Positions 1-8,297 of a stretch of 64,000 nt of DNA are shown piece after piece. How positions within the stretch are numbered: position 1 is the first letter of the stretch; each line of letters begins with the position of its first letter. The translations under genes were made by a program, and so were the position numbers. The notes under the pieces are model-generated. The model saw nothing but the letters and a program-made list of their open reading frames with translations, did no database searches and was not told the DNA's origin. This stretch comes from Candidatus Poribacteria bacterium (GTDB lineage Bacteria > Poribacteria > WGA-4E > PCPOR2b), in NCBI GenBank assembly GCA_022826645.1, contig JAJDUM010000055.1, positions 399 to 64,398 on the forward strand, read 5' to 3'.

Positions 1-1
1 T

Positions 2-193
2 ATTCTTGTAACTCTGAGAAAGGAGGGCGGTGCATGGAATATCTACCGGTTCCGCCTTCGGGGCCGTCAACTCATCCGGTTGACAGATCATCCTGCTAGT
101 GACGCCGCTCCTCACGAATGGAATAGCCGATTGCCGGTATCACCGCAGGGACTAATTCCAAAGTTATGGGGGGATATCAAATCTAACTCGTAA
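2..193 (+). CDS. 3' end of a gene beginning upstream of the window (beta-propeller/PD40-like tail; family uncertain)
   Basis: Frame is open from the window edge to TAA 191-193: ...NIYRFRLRGRQLIRLTDHPASDAAPHEWNSRLPVSPQGLIPKLWGDIKSNS*. It is absent from the ORF track because it has no Met. The family guess rests on motif resemblance only. Confidence 0.35.
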   Translation: MLVTLRKEGGAWNIYRFRLRGRQLIRLTDHPASDAAPHEWNSRLPVSPQGLIPKLWGDIKSNS

Positions 194-198
194 CAGAA

Positions 199-229
199 TT
201 GAGGGATTGGGATTGTTCCAATCCCTCAA
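199..229 (+). terminator. Perfect 12-bp stem-loop 6 nt after the stop of the partial gene (terminator-like or REP-like; no T-run)
   Basis: TTGAGGGATTGG-gattgtt-CCAATCCCTCAA read directly; followed by a C-run, not a T-run. Confidence 0.3.
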
Positions 230-378
230 CCCCCGTCGGATACACCTCGCCAAGGCGAGTATCAATCCTCGTTTTCTCCTCTTTTCCAAACTCCCTCATT
301 TCGCCCTACTCGCTCCCGCCAAAGGCAGATTTAGCGCTTGACGCCCTTCATAGTGCGTGATATAGTTTTTTTTACCAA

Positions 379-795
379 TTGCCGTCACTTCTACGCCCGC
401 AGACAGAGAGAAAACCGATGCCCCTTATGGCTGAACCGAACCTCAAGACCGCCCGCCTCGGTGGCGTGGATGTCCCCTCCGCCGATACTCTCAAAACAAG
501 GCACCACAGTTCCTACATTCTCCATGCTCGTGCCGGCAAGTTGAGTGAAATTCTGGTCGAAAAGGTTTTGCTGCCGCCAGATCGCGAGACAAATCCACAA
601 GCAATTCAACTTGTTAAAGCACCTGACAGCACCGTATGCGCCAACCTCGGCAATATCATCTGCAAGGGCAGCGATGGCGGAAGAAGCTGGACGGCGCCCG
701 ATAAGGGTTACTTCCGCGGCGTTTTTGAAGTTCTCAAGGACGGTACGTTCATCGGCTTAGAGAGCGAAGGGGAGCATCCGAACACGAAGGCATAA
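379..795 (+). CDS. Hypothetical protein with one BNR/Asp-box-like motif (start ambiguous: TTG 379 or ATG 418)
   Basis: ORF track; motif SDGGRSW resembles SxDxGxTW; stop lies 2 nt before the next gene. Confidence 0.4.
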   Translation: MPSLLRPQTERKPMPLMAEPNLKTARLGGVDVPSADTLKTRHHSSYILHARAGKLSEILVEKVLLPPDRETNPQAIQLVKAPDSTVCANLGNIICKGSDGGRSWTAPDKGYFRGVFEVLKDGTFIGLESEGEHPNTKA

Positions 796-797
796 GG

Positions 798-1814
798 ATG
801 AGCCAATTAAATCAGGCGATCGAACAGACCGTCAGTGAAACTCGTTTTTCAGGCGTGATTTTCGTTAAACTCGGCGGAAGCATAGAATTCAAAAATGCCT
901 ACGGTTATGCGGATAGGAGCAATAAAATCCCGAATACGGTTGATACCCGTTTTGGGGTAGCGTCAGGAACCAAATTCTTGACTGCGCTTGGAATCGGAAA
1001 GCTGATTGACAGTGGTGAACTCGCTTTAACCTCAAGATTGTGCGACTGCGTAAATATTGATTTTCCACATATATCAGAAGATGTTACGATCGACCATCTC
1101 CTAACCCATACCTCTGGGGTCTACGACTATTACGATGAGGAGCTTATTGAGGATATTGATAATTTTCAGTTGGCTATTCCCTGTTTTGAGCTAAAAGGTC
1201 CGAAGGACTACATACCGTTATTTCGTGATGGGGAGATGAAGTTTAATCCGGGGGAGCGGTTTTCCTATTCAAATGGGGGATTTATTCTATTGGGAATCGT
1301 CATTGAGGAAGTCTCCGGCGTTCCCTATATCGACTTTATACAAAACAATATCCTTGAGTTATGCGGCATGAGCGATTCGGGATTTTTTGCCATGGATCGT
1401 CTGCCAGAACGTACAGCGTTCGGCTATATTGACGAGGAGGACGGGTGGAGAACCAACATTTTTACCTTACCGATCGTCGGATCATCTGATGCGGGGGTTT
1501 TCACGACCGTGGGAGATATGGACAAGTTGTGGGCCGCTTTTTTTAAAGGAAAGATCCTTTCGAAAGAGTTGACCAATCTGTTCTTGAAGAAGACCGTTAA
1601 AGACAAAGACAATAGATTTTATGGGCGTGGTATCTGGATTCACCATGAGGAGGGCAAAGATCCAGTTCACTCTCTCATGGGGTGGGACGCTGGCGTTTCT
1701 TTCAAGAGCACATGTCCGTCGAGGGATTCAGTTATAACGGTGATCTCTAATACGTCCGCTGGTGCATGGGCGGTAGATCGTGAAATCATGAAACAGTTGA
1801 AAATACTGGAATGA
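798..1814 (+). CDS. Serine hydrolase, beta-lactamase/PBP-like family
   Basis: 338-aa ORF; SxxK motif (ASGTKF) near the N-terminus; YSNGGF motif typical of class C beta-lactamase-related esterases. Confidence 0.8.
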   Translation: MSQLNQAIEQTVSETRFSGVIFVKLGGSIEFKNAYGYADRSNKIPNTVDTRFGVASGTKFLTALGIGKLIDSGELALTSRLCDCVNIDFPHISEDVTIDHLLTHTSGVYDYYDEELIEDIDNFQLAIPCFELKGPKDYIPLFRDGEMKFNPGERFSYSNGGFILLGIVIEEVSGVPYIDFIQNNILELCGMSDSGFFAMDRLPERTAFGYIDEEDGWRTNIFTLPIVGSSDAGVFTTVGDMDKLWAAFFKGKILSKELTNLFLKKTVKDKDNRFYGRGIWIHHEEGKDPVHSLMGWDAGVSFKSTCPSRDSVITVISNTSAGAWAVDREIMKQLKILE

Positions 1815-1880
1815 GGGTTACCCTTCGTAGAGTTTACGGGGATTGTGAGCAAAGGATGGGAAAATCCGGGCTATCACCCC

Positions 1881-1909
1881 GGTAGGTGCGGTTTCTAACC
1901 GCACCTACC
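1881..1909. repeat. Palindromic repeat core GGTAGGTGCGGTT-tct-AACCGCACCTACC (copy 1 of 3)
   Basis: 13-bp perfect stem; the 25-nt core GGTAGGTGCGGTTTCTAACCGCACC recurs at 34830-34854 and 36637-36661. Confidence 0.8.
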
Positions 1910-1939
1910 AAACATGGGGAGCGGTGCTTGGGTGCATTT

Positions 1940-2019
1940 AGCCCCAGCGGGGCGACATGTTTATAGCAATGTCGAATCCCTACACACCCAAAGCCCCAGC
2001 GGGGCAACATGTTTATAGC
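1940..2019. repeat. Two copies of a 28-bp direct repeat AGCCCCAGCGGGGC(G/A)ACATGTTTATAGC, period 52 bp
   Basis: Copies at 1940-1967 and 1992-2019 differ at one base; each holds a GCCCC-agc-GGGGC hairpin; the second ends 13 nt before the RM gene ATG. Confidence 0.8.
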
Positions 2020-2032
2020 CTGAACAAAACAG

Positions 2033-5000
2033 ATGAACACCGAAGAAATCAGAAAAAAAGAAGAAATCGAATCCGCCCTGGCGGTCCTATCTACCGGCGA
2101 TTTTTCGGAAAACGCAAAGCACCTGTTAGCCATCTTGGGCTACTGTAGCGAGCGGACCGTGGAACTGCCGGGAACGGCACAGGACTTTATTCAGCGATTC
2201 CCTGCTCAGAACCAAAACACCGAAACAGAACAGGAATTCCTCAACAGCGTGGAATCCGTTAAACTGGTGTTTCAAGTGACAAGCGAGGAAATTGCCCCCA
2301 CTAACCAGCCAACACTGTTTGAATCACCTGCCTTTGATGCGGGATATGTCAGAAGTTTTCTGTTCTTTGCAATCGAATTGACCGATAAAGACTACCCACG
2401 CGGCACATACGCACAGTTTACACGGGAGGTCAACAAACGGTTTATGATGCCGATTGTGGTCCTCTTTCGCGTTGGGAACCGTCTGACCATCGGCTTTGTT
2501 GGTCGCCGTCAACACCAGTATGACCCGGACCGCGATGTGCTGGAACAGGTTACGCTGATTAAGGACATCCGTTTGGATGATCCGCACCGGGCGCATATAG
2601 AGGTTCTATATGAACTAGCACTATGGGAGTGCGCGAAGTGGGTGAACGCCAATAACCGATCAGAAAACTTTGATGGTTTACTTGCGGCGTGGCTTACCCG
2701 ATTGGACACCGAAGAACTCAACAAGAAATTCTACCGGGAACTGTTCGCTTGGTTTGAATGGGCGATTGCTGAAGGGACATTCCCCACAGACAAAAATCGC
2801 ACCTTGAAGTCGGAGGAGCATATCATCCGCTTAATCACGCGCCTACTGTTCGTCTGGTTTATCAAAGAGAAGGGACTAATCGCCGATGCACTGTTCAACG
2901 AGGCGCAAATTTCCCCGTTGCTGAAGGACTACGACCACGACACCGGCGATTCCTACTATCGCGCCGTGCTACAGAACCTGTTTTTTGCTACGCTGAACAC
3001 CGAGATAGAGAAGCGTCGGTTTAGTAAAGGCGGAAACACAGGGCATCGCAATTTCTCGCTGTATCGCTACAAGGATCAGATAACCGCCCCCGATACACTG
3101 TTGACGCTATTTGAGAAAACGCCATTTATCAACGGCGGCTTATTCGACTGCCTCGACAGCGAGGCGGCGACACGCGACGGCGGCTACCGGGTTGACTGCT
3201 TCTCCGATGAACACTACAGAAAGTTGAGCCTCCCCAACCGTCTCTTCTTTGATGAACACCGCGGTCTGATTCCCTTGCTGAAAGGCTACAAGTTCACCGT
3301 TGAGGAAAACACACCGATAGAGCAGGAGGTCGCTTTGGATCCGGAGCTGCTCGGCAAGGTGTTTGAAAACCTACTCGCCGCATATAACCCCGAAACCGGC
3401 GCGACGGCCCGGAAACAGACCGGCTCCTACTACACCCCGCGCCCCATTGTGGACTATATGGTGGAGGAGGCGTTAGTGGCAGCCTTAGCAGCGCAAGTAT
3501 CGCCAACGGACGGAGATGTGCAGTTTTGGGGGGAGCGGTTGCGCTACCTGTTCGACTACGCAAAGGCGTTTGACGATGCGAGCGAATGGTTCAATAGCCG
3601 CGAATCGGATGAGGTGGTGCGGGCGATTTCGGAGTTGAAGATACTCGATCCGGCGGTCGGTTCGGGTGCATTTCCGATGGGGGCACTGCACAAACTGACC
3701 CTCGCACTGCGGCGGCTTGACCCCGATAACACCCGATGGGAGCAGCTACAGAAGGAACGCGCCATCGAACGGGCGGCGGCCGCGTTTGATACGAAGGATA
3801 GACAAACCCGCGACGAGGAGCTCACGGAAATTAGCAGAATCTTTGAGAACTATTCGGGGGACTTCGGACGGAAACTGTACCTGATCCAAAACAGCATCTT
3901 CGGCTTGGACATTCAATCCATCGCCTGCCAAATCGCCAAACTCCGCTTCTTTATCTCGCTTGCCATTGAGCAGGAACCGGATAGAGCCGCAGATAACTTT
4001 GGGATTAAGCCGCTGCCGAATCTGGAGACACGGTTTATCGCAGCGAACACGCTCATCGGTCTTGAGGGGGAACGAACCCTGACCAGCCCCAAAGCGAAGG
4101 CGTTAGAGGTGGAATTGGGCGATAACCGCGAGCGGCATTTCCACGCCACAACACGACCACAGAAACTGGCGTGTAAGCGAGCGGACAAAAAATTGCGGCG
4201 AGCCTTAGCGACGGAATTAAAGCATATCGGGATGCCCGCCGATGATGCGAATAAAGTCGCCGCATGGGACCCCTACGATCAGAACGCAAGCGCCGATTGG
4301 TTTGATCCGGAATGGATGTTTGGTATTGCAGACGGGTTTGATGTGGTGATTGGGAACCCGCCGTATGTCCGCCAAGAAAAAATTAAAGAGCTTAAGCCAA
4401 CGCTGAAGGATCAATACGACTGTTACACCGGCACGGCAGATCTCTATGTCTATTTCTATGAGCGCGGTTTTCAGATGCTTCGAGGCGATGGGGTCTTGAC
4501 CTACATCTCCTCAAACAAGTATTTCCGGTCCGCATACGGTAAGAAACTTCGTGATTTTCTCGCCCGTCAGGCTACTCTATCTCAACTCATCGACTTTGGC
4601 GACGCGCCTGTTTTTACGTCCATTGCGTATCCGAGCATTATCACAGCGTCCAAAACCCTCGCTCAAGGGAACCACCTCCGCGCCCTGAATTGGGAGCCGG
4701 GCCCCTCTATTGACGAATTCGGAACAGTTTTTCGGACAAAGGGGTTCACCATGCCGCAAAACGCCTTGACCGTTGACGGATGGCGACTCGCATCTCCCCC
4801 TGTGTTGAACCTGTTGGAAAAACTCCGCAACGCAGGGACGCCGCTAGGGGAGTATGTCAAAGGACAGCTTTATTCCGGGATCAAAACGGGTTTGAACGAG
4901 GCATTTGTCGTAGACAGGGAGACGCGGGATAGACTTATTGCAGAGCACTCATCATCAGAAGTGTTGAAGCCATTTCTACGTGGGCGCGATGTGAAACGGT

Positions 5001-5638
5001 GGCAGGTGAATTTCGCCGAGCAGTACCTCATCAAAATTGAATCGTCGGAAAACCGAACGCACCCATGGTCAGGGCAGCCTGTGACAGAAGCAGAGCAGCT
5101 TTTCGCTGATACTTATCCCGCCATCCACGCACACTTTAAACCCTTTCGAGAGCCTCTGATCAAGCGATTCGATCAGGGAAAATACTTTTGGGAGTTGCGG
5201 TCATGTGCTTATTGGGAGGAGTTTAAGCAACCGAAGATTGTTTACCCTGATATAGCACAAGGAACGGAGTTTTCCTTTGATGATGGCGGTCATTTTTTAG
5301 GTAACACTTCGTATCTCTTACCAACAAAGGAAATATGGCTTCTCGGCTTACTCAACAGCAAAGCCGTTTTCTGGTTTTACACAAAGACAAGCACACAGAT
5401 TCGGGGTGGGTTTGTAAGGTTTATTGCTCAATATGTGTCTCAAATCCCTATTCCCACTATCAAAACAGCGCAGAAAACATCTATCAGTGAAATGGTTAAT
5501 CAAATCCTTGCTGCCAAACGCACCGACCCGGACGCGGATGTATCCAAACTTGAAAATGAGATCGATCAGATAGTATACTTGTTATACGACTTGACGCCTG
5601 AAGAAATTGATATTGTGGAGGAAGCGGAAAGTGTCTGA
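2033..5638 (+). CDS. Type IIG restriction-modification fusion / Eco57I-family (COG1002-like) N6-adenine DNA methyltransferase with TaqI-like C-terminal specificity domain
   Basis: 1201-aa ORF; SAM motif I ILDPAVGSGAFP; catalytic motif IV VIGNPPYV; TRD-type motif GIKTGLNEAFVV. The N-terminal ~450 aa could be the nuclease, but I could not identify a PD-(D/E)xK motif with confidence. Confidence 0.8.
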   Translation: MNTEEIRKKEEIESALAVLSTGDFSENAKHLLAILGYCSERTVELPGTAQDFIQRFPAQNQNTETEQEFLNSVESVKLVFQVTSEEIAPTNQPTLFESPAFDAGYVRSFLFFAIELTDKDYPRGTYAQFTREVNKRFMMPIVVLFRVGNRLTIGFVGRRQHQYDPDRDVLEQVTLIKDIRLDDPHRAHIEVLYELALWECAKWVNANNRSENFDGLLAAWLTRLDTEELNKKFYRELFAWFEWAIAEGTFPTDKNRTLKSEEHIIRLITRLLFVWFIKEKGLIADALFNEAQISPLLKDYDHDTGDSYYRAVLQNLFFATLNTEIEKRRFSKGGNTGHRNFSLYRYKDQITAPDTLLTLFEKTPFINGGLFDCLDSEAATRDGGYRVDCFSDEHYRKLSLPNRLFFDEHRGLIPLLKGYKFTVEENTPIEQEVALDPELLGKVFENLLAAYNPETGATARKQTGSYYTPRPIVDYMVEEALVAALAAQVSPTDGDVQFWGERLRYLFDYAKAFDDASEWFNSRESDEVVRAISELKILDPAVGSGAFPMGALHKLTLALRRLDPDNTRWEQLQKERAIERAAAAFDTKDRQTRDEELTEISRIFENYSGDFGRKLYLIQNSIFGLDIQSIACQIAKLRFFISLAIEQEPDRAADNFGIKPLPNLETRFIAANTLIGLEGERTLTSPKAKALEVELGDNRERHFHATTRPQKLACKRADKKLRRALATELKHIGMPADDANKVAAWDPYDQNASADWFDPEWMFGIADGFDVVIGNPPYVRQEKIKELKPTLKDQYDCYTGTADLYVYFYERGFQMLRGDGVLTYISSNKYFRSAYGKKLRDFLARQATLSQLIDFGDAPVFTSIAYPSIITASKTLAQGNHLRALNWEPGPSIDEFGTVFRTKGFTMPQNALTVDGWRLASPPVLNLLEKLRNAGTPLGEYVKGQLYSGIKTGLNEAFVVDRETRDRLIAEHSSSEVLKPFLRGRDVKRWQVNFAEQYLIKIESSENRTHPWSGQPVTEAEQLFADTYPAIHAHFKPFREPLIKRFDQGKYFWELRSCAYWEEFKQPKIVYPDIAQGTEFSFDDGGHFLGNTSYLLPTKEIWLLGLLNSKAVFWFYTKTSTQIRGGFVRFIAQYVSQIPIPTIKTAQKTSISEMVNQILAAKRTDPDADVSKLENEIDQIVYLLYDLTPEEIDIVEEAESV

Positions 5639-5733
5639 ATCACGATTTTCAGGATAAGAGCGGATGCCTTCAAAAATCCTGAGAATCCTTGAATCCAGTG
5701 AATCCAGATTCTGACGGTAAGGAAACTAGGGAA

Positions 5734-7563
5734 ATGAATAAAGTTTTTATCTCCTATGTTAGTGAAAATATAGAAATAGTCGAGCGACTCTATCAAGCAC
5801 TCAAATCACACGGGATCGAAGTCTGGCGAGACCGGAATGATATTGCTCCCGGACTCCGATGGAAACGCGAAATTCGGCAGGCTATTCAACAAGGAGCTTT
5901 TTTCATTGCGTGTTTCTCAAAAGAATATGACGAGCGTGATAAGACCTACATGAACGAGGAGCTGACAATTGCAATTGAGGAGTTACGTCAGCGGTCTACT
6001 GACCAAGCTTGGTTTATCCCCGTCAAGTTAAACGAATGCGAAATTCCTGATCGAGACATTGGTGGAGGCGAAACCTTACGCGATCTTCAGTATGTTAATC
6101 TCTATGAAGACTGGGAGTCTAACCTCCAAGATATCCTTAAAGTTGTTCAACCTGCATCATCTAAAACTATAAATGCAGTTACTATCGAATGGTCAGACGA
6201 TTTAAGGGCCGTGGCGGAGTTTTTCAAAGGTCTGACCTATCAAAATAGAAGAAATTATGAAAAAGCCATTGGGCGTTATACAGAAGCATTAAGGTTAAAT
6301 CCACAGATGGTTGAGGCCTATATTAATCGTGGTAATGTATACAGCAGTAGAGGTGAACATAATTTTGCTATTGTCGACTATAACAAAGCGATAGCCTTGA
6401 ATTCTGATGATGCCGACACCTATTACAATCGTGGTTTGGCTCATGGGCAAAAAGGTGATTGTGACCGTGCCATTGCAGATTTTAACATGGCGATACAACT
6501 CAAACCGGATTATGTTGATACCTATTACAACCGCGGTCTAGCTTACGGGCATAAGAGCGATTCTGAGGCTGCCATTGCAGACTTTACTAAGGTGATACAG
6601 CTAAAACCAGATCATGCAAGTGCTTATAATGGTCGTGGTGTTTCTTACCAACAAAAAGGCGATTATGACCGTGCCTTCACAGATTTTAACACGGTGATAC
6701 AACTCAAACAAAACGATGCCATAGCTTACAACAATCGGGGTGGTGTTTACATCAAAAGAGGCGACTATGATCGTGCCATTGCAGACTGTACCAAGGCGAT
6801 ACAACTCGAACCGGATTGTGTTGATACCTATTACAACCGCGGTCTAGCTTACGGGCATAAGAGCGATTCTGAGGCTGCCATTGCAGACTTTACCAAGGTG
6901 ATACAGCTAAAACCAGATCATGCAAGTGCCTATAATGGTCGTGGTATTTCTTACCAAAAAAGAGGCGACTATGACCGTGCCATCGCAGACTATACCAAGG
7001 CGATACAACTGAATCCCAATTATACTGAAGCATATTACAAGCGCGGTCGAACTTACTATGCTAAAAGAGATTATGATCGCGCCATCGCAGACTATACTAA
7101 GGCAATACAACTAAGACCGGATGATATCGGCACCTATTACAATCGTGGTCTAGCTTATGGGCAAAAAGACAATTCTGATGCTGCCATTGCAGATTATAGC
7201 AAGGTGATACAACTCAAACCCAATTATGCCGAAGCCTACAATAATCGTGGGGTGACTTATGACGCAACGGGCGATTATAATCGTGCCATTGCAGATTATA
7301 GCAAGGCGATACAACTGAATCCCGATTATGCCGATGCCTATAATAATCGCGGTGCAGCTTATCACGATAAAGGCGAGCATGCATGGGCCATTGAAGATTT
7401 GGATATGGCGATACAACTTCAACCAGACAATGCTGATGCTTATAAAAATCGCGGGATCATGTGGTTACAGCTGGGAGAACAGGAAAAAGCGAAAGCAGAT
7501 CTAACGGCTGCCAGAAACATGGGGGTAAAACTACCGGCAGACCTCGCTGCAATGTTGCGCTGA
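5734..7563 (+). CDS. TIR domain protein fused to a long TPR array
   Basis: N-terminus VFISYVSENIEIVERLYQALKSHGIEVWRDRNDIAPG...FFIACFSKEY...YMNEEL...WFIPVKL is TIR_2-like. It is followed by about a dozen 34-aa TPR units (AYxNRGxxYxxxGDYDRAIADYxKAIQLxP). The ORF track starts at 5689; ATG 5734 fits the TIR N-terminus better. Confidence 0.85.
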   Translation: MNKVFISYVSENIEIVERLYQALKSHGIEVWRDRNDIAPGLRWKREIRQAIQQGAFFIACFSKEYDERDKTYMNEELTIAIEELRQRSTDQAWFIPVKLNECEIPDRDIGGGETLRDLQYVNLYEDWESNLQDILKVVQPASSKTINAVTIEWSDDLRAVAEFFKGLTYQNRRNYEKAIGRYTEALRLNPQMVEAYINRGNVYSSRGEHNFAIVDYNKAIALNSDDADTYYNRGLAHGQKGDCDRAIADFNMAIQLKPDYVDTYYNRGLAYGHKSDSEAAIADFTKVIQLKPDHASAYNGRGVSYQQKGDYDRAFTDFNTVIQLKQNDAIAYNNRGGVYIKRGDYDRAIADCTKAIQLEPDCVDTYYNRGLAYGHKSDSEAAIADFTKVIQLKPDHASAYNGRGISYQKRGDYDRAIADYTKAIQLNPNYTEAYYKRGRTYYAKRDYDRAIADYTKAIQLRPDDIGTYYNRGLAYGQKDNSDAAIADYSKVIQLKPNYAEAYNNRGVTYDATGDYNRAIADYSKAIQLNPDYADAYNNRGAAYHDKGEHAWAIEDLDMAIQLQPDNADAYKNRGIMWLQLGEQEKAKADLTAARNMGVKLPADLAAMLR

Positions 7564-7679
7564 CACCCCCACAATAAGCATCACCGCCGACGGGTCTTTG
7601 TGAATCCGTGTAATTCCTGAATCCGTGCCAATCCGCAATTACGACAATAAAGGGCAAACAGAACAAAAGAGGGAATACC

Positions 7680-8297
7680 ATGCGAAAAGTAGACCTACAA
7701 CAGCAGGCGGTTGAACTAATCAAACAACTCTCAACAGAAAAACTGAAAGTAGTCGTTGACTATCTGACCTATCTTCAGAATCCAGAAGACTGCGAAGCCG
7801 CGCCCGAATCAGCGAGTGATTTTGAAATCGCCTTAGACGAGATACTAAGAAACTACGATCGAGCATGGAAAGCTCTGGCAAAAGCACCTCAGATAGAAGG
7901 AAGTGCTGTTCACATAGATTTAGATGACTTTGCCCCAAAGAATATAGAGGAGGGGCTGCAAGATATACGGACAGAGGCGGAAGAGGAGAGGAGGCTTGAT
8001 CAGGAGCTAGATGCCATCCCAGAAACGGCTTACAAAGATGTGGAACGGTTTTTGAAAATGATTAACAAATTTGTGCCCCTACCCGATATGATGCCCTTAG
8101 ACAACGGTGAAATCTGTCTCGAATGGCGAGAAGAACAAAAGATATTTACCTTGAGTTTTGGTGGGGACGGGCACATTGTTTTTGCTGGAATCTTTGGCGC
8201 GAATCATCAAGCACGTGGGATACTAACCTTCTCAATGCCTCACCTTATCGCCATTATTGGCATGATTACAAGTCTGTACCTCCACTATGATTATTGA
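7680..8297 (+). CDS. Hypothetical protein with antitoxin-like (DUF2281-type) N-terminal segment and unknown C-terminal domain
   Basis: 205-aa ORF; the first ~35 aa (MRKVDLQQQAVELIKQLSTEKLKVVVDYLTYLQ) are paralogous to the N-terminus of ORF 8690-8920; its stop overlaps the start of the next gene. Confidence 0.55.
   Translation: MRKVDLQQQAVELIKQLSTEKLKVVVDYLTYLQNPEDCEAAPESASDFEIALDEILRNYDRAWKALAKAPQIEGSAVHIDLDDFAPKNIEEGLQDIRTEAEEERRLDQELDAIPETAYKDVERFLKMINKFVPLPDMMPLDNGEICLEWREEQKIFTLSFGGDGHIVFAGIFGANHQARGILTFSMPHLIAIIGMITSLYLHYDY

Noticed and set aside
1940-2019. Possible mini CRISPR array (28-bp repeats with a 24-bp spacer)
   Set aside because: There are only two repeat copies, no cas genes in the window, and the repeat is embedded in a region of dispersed palindromic elements.
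2033-5638. BREX PglX methyltransferase
   Set aside because: The size and NPPY/TRD architecture fit, but no pglZ, brxA/B/C or brxL genes are present nearby. A stand-alone Type IIG/Eco57I-like enzyme is the more economical call.
6295-7422. Periodic antisense ORFs (6295-6498, 6601-6804, 6907-7110, 7150-7422) inside the TPR gene
   Set aside because: Their 306-nt spacing simply mirrors the TPR repeat period on the sense strand. Their low-complexity I/V/T-rich translations have no coding signature.
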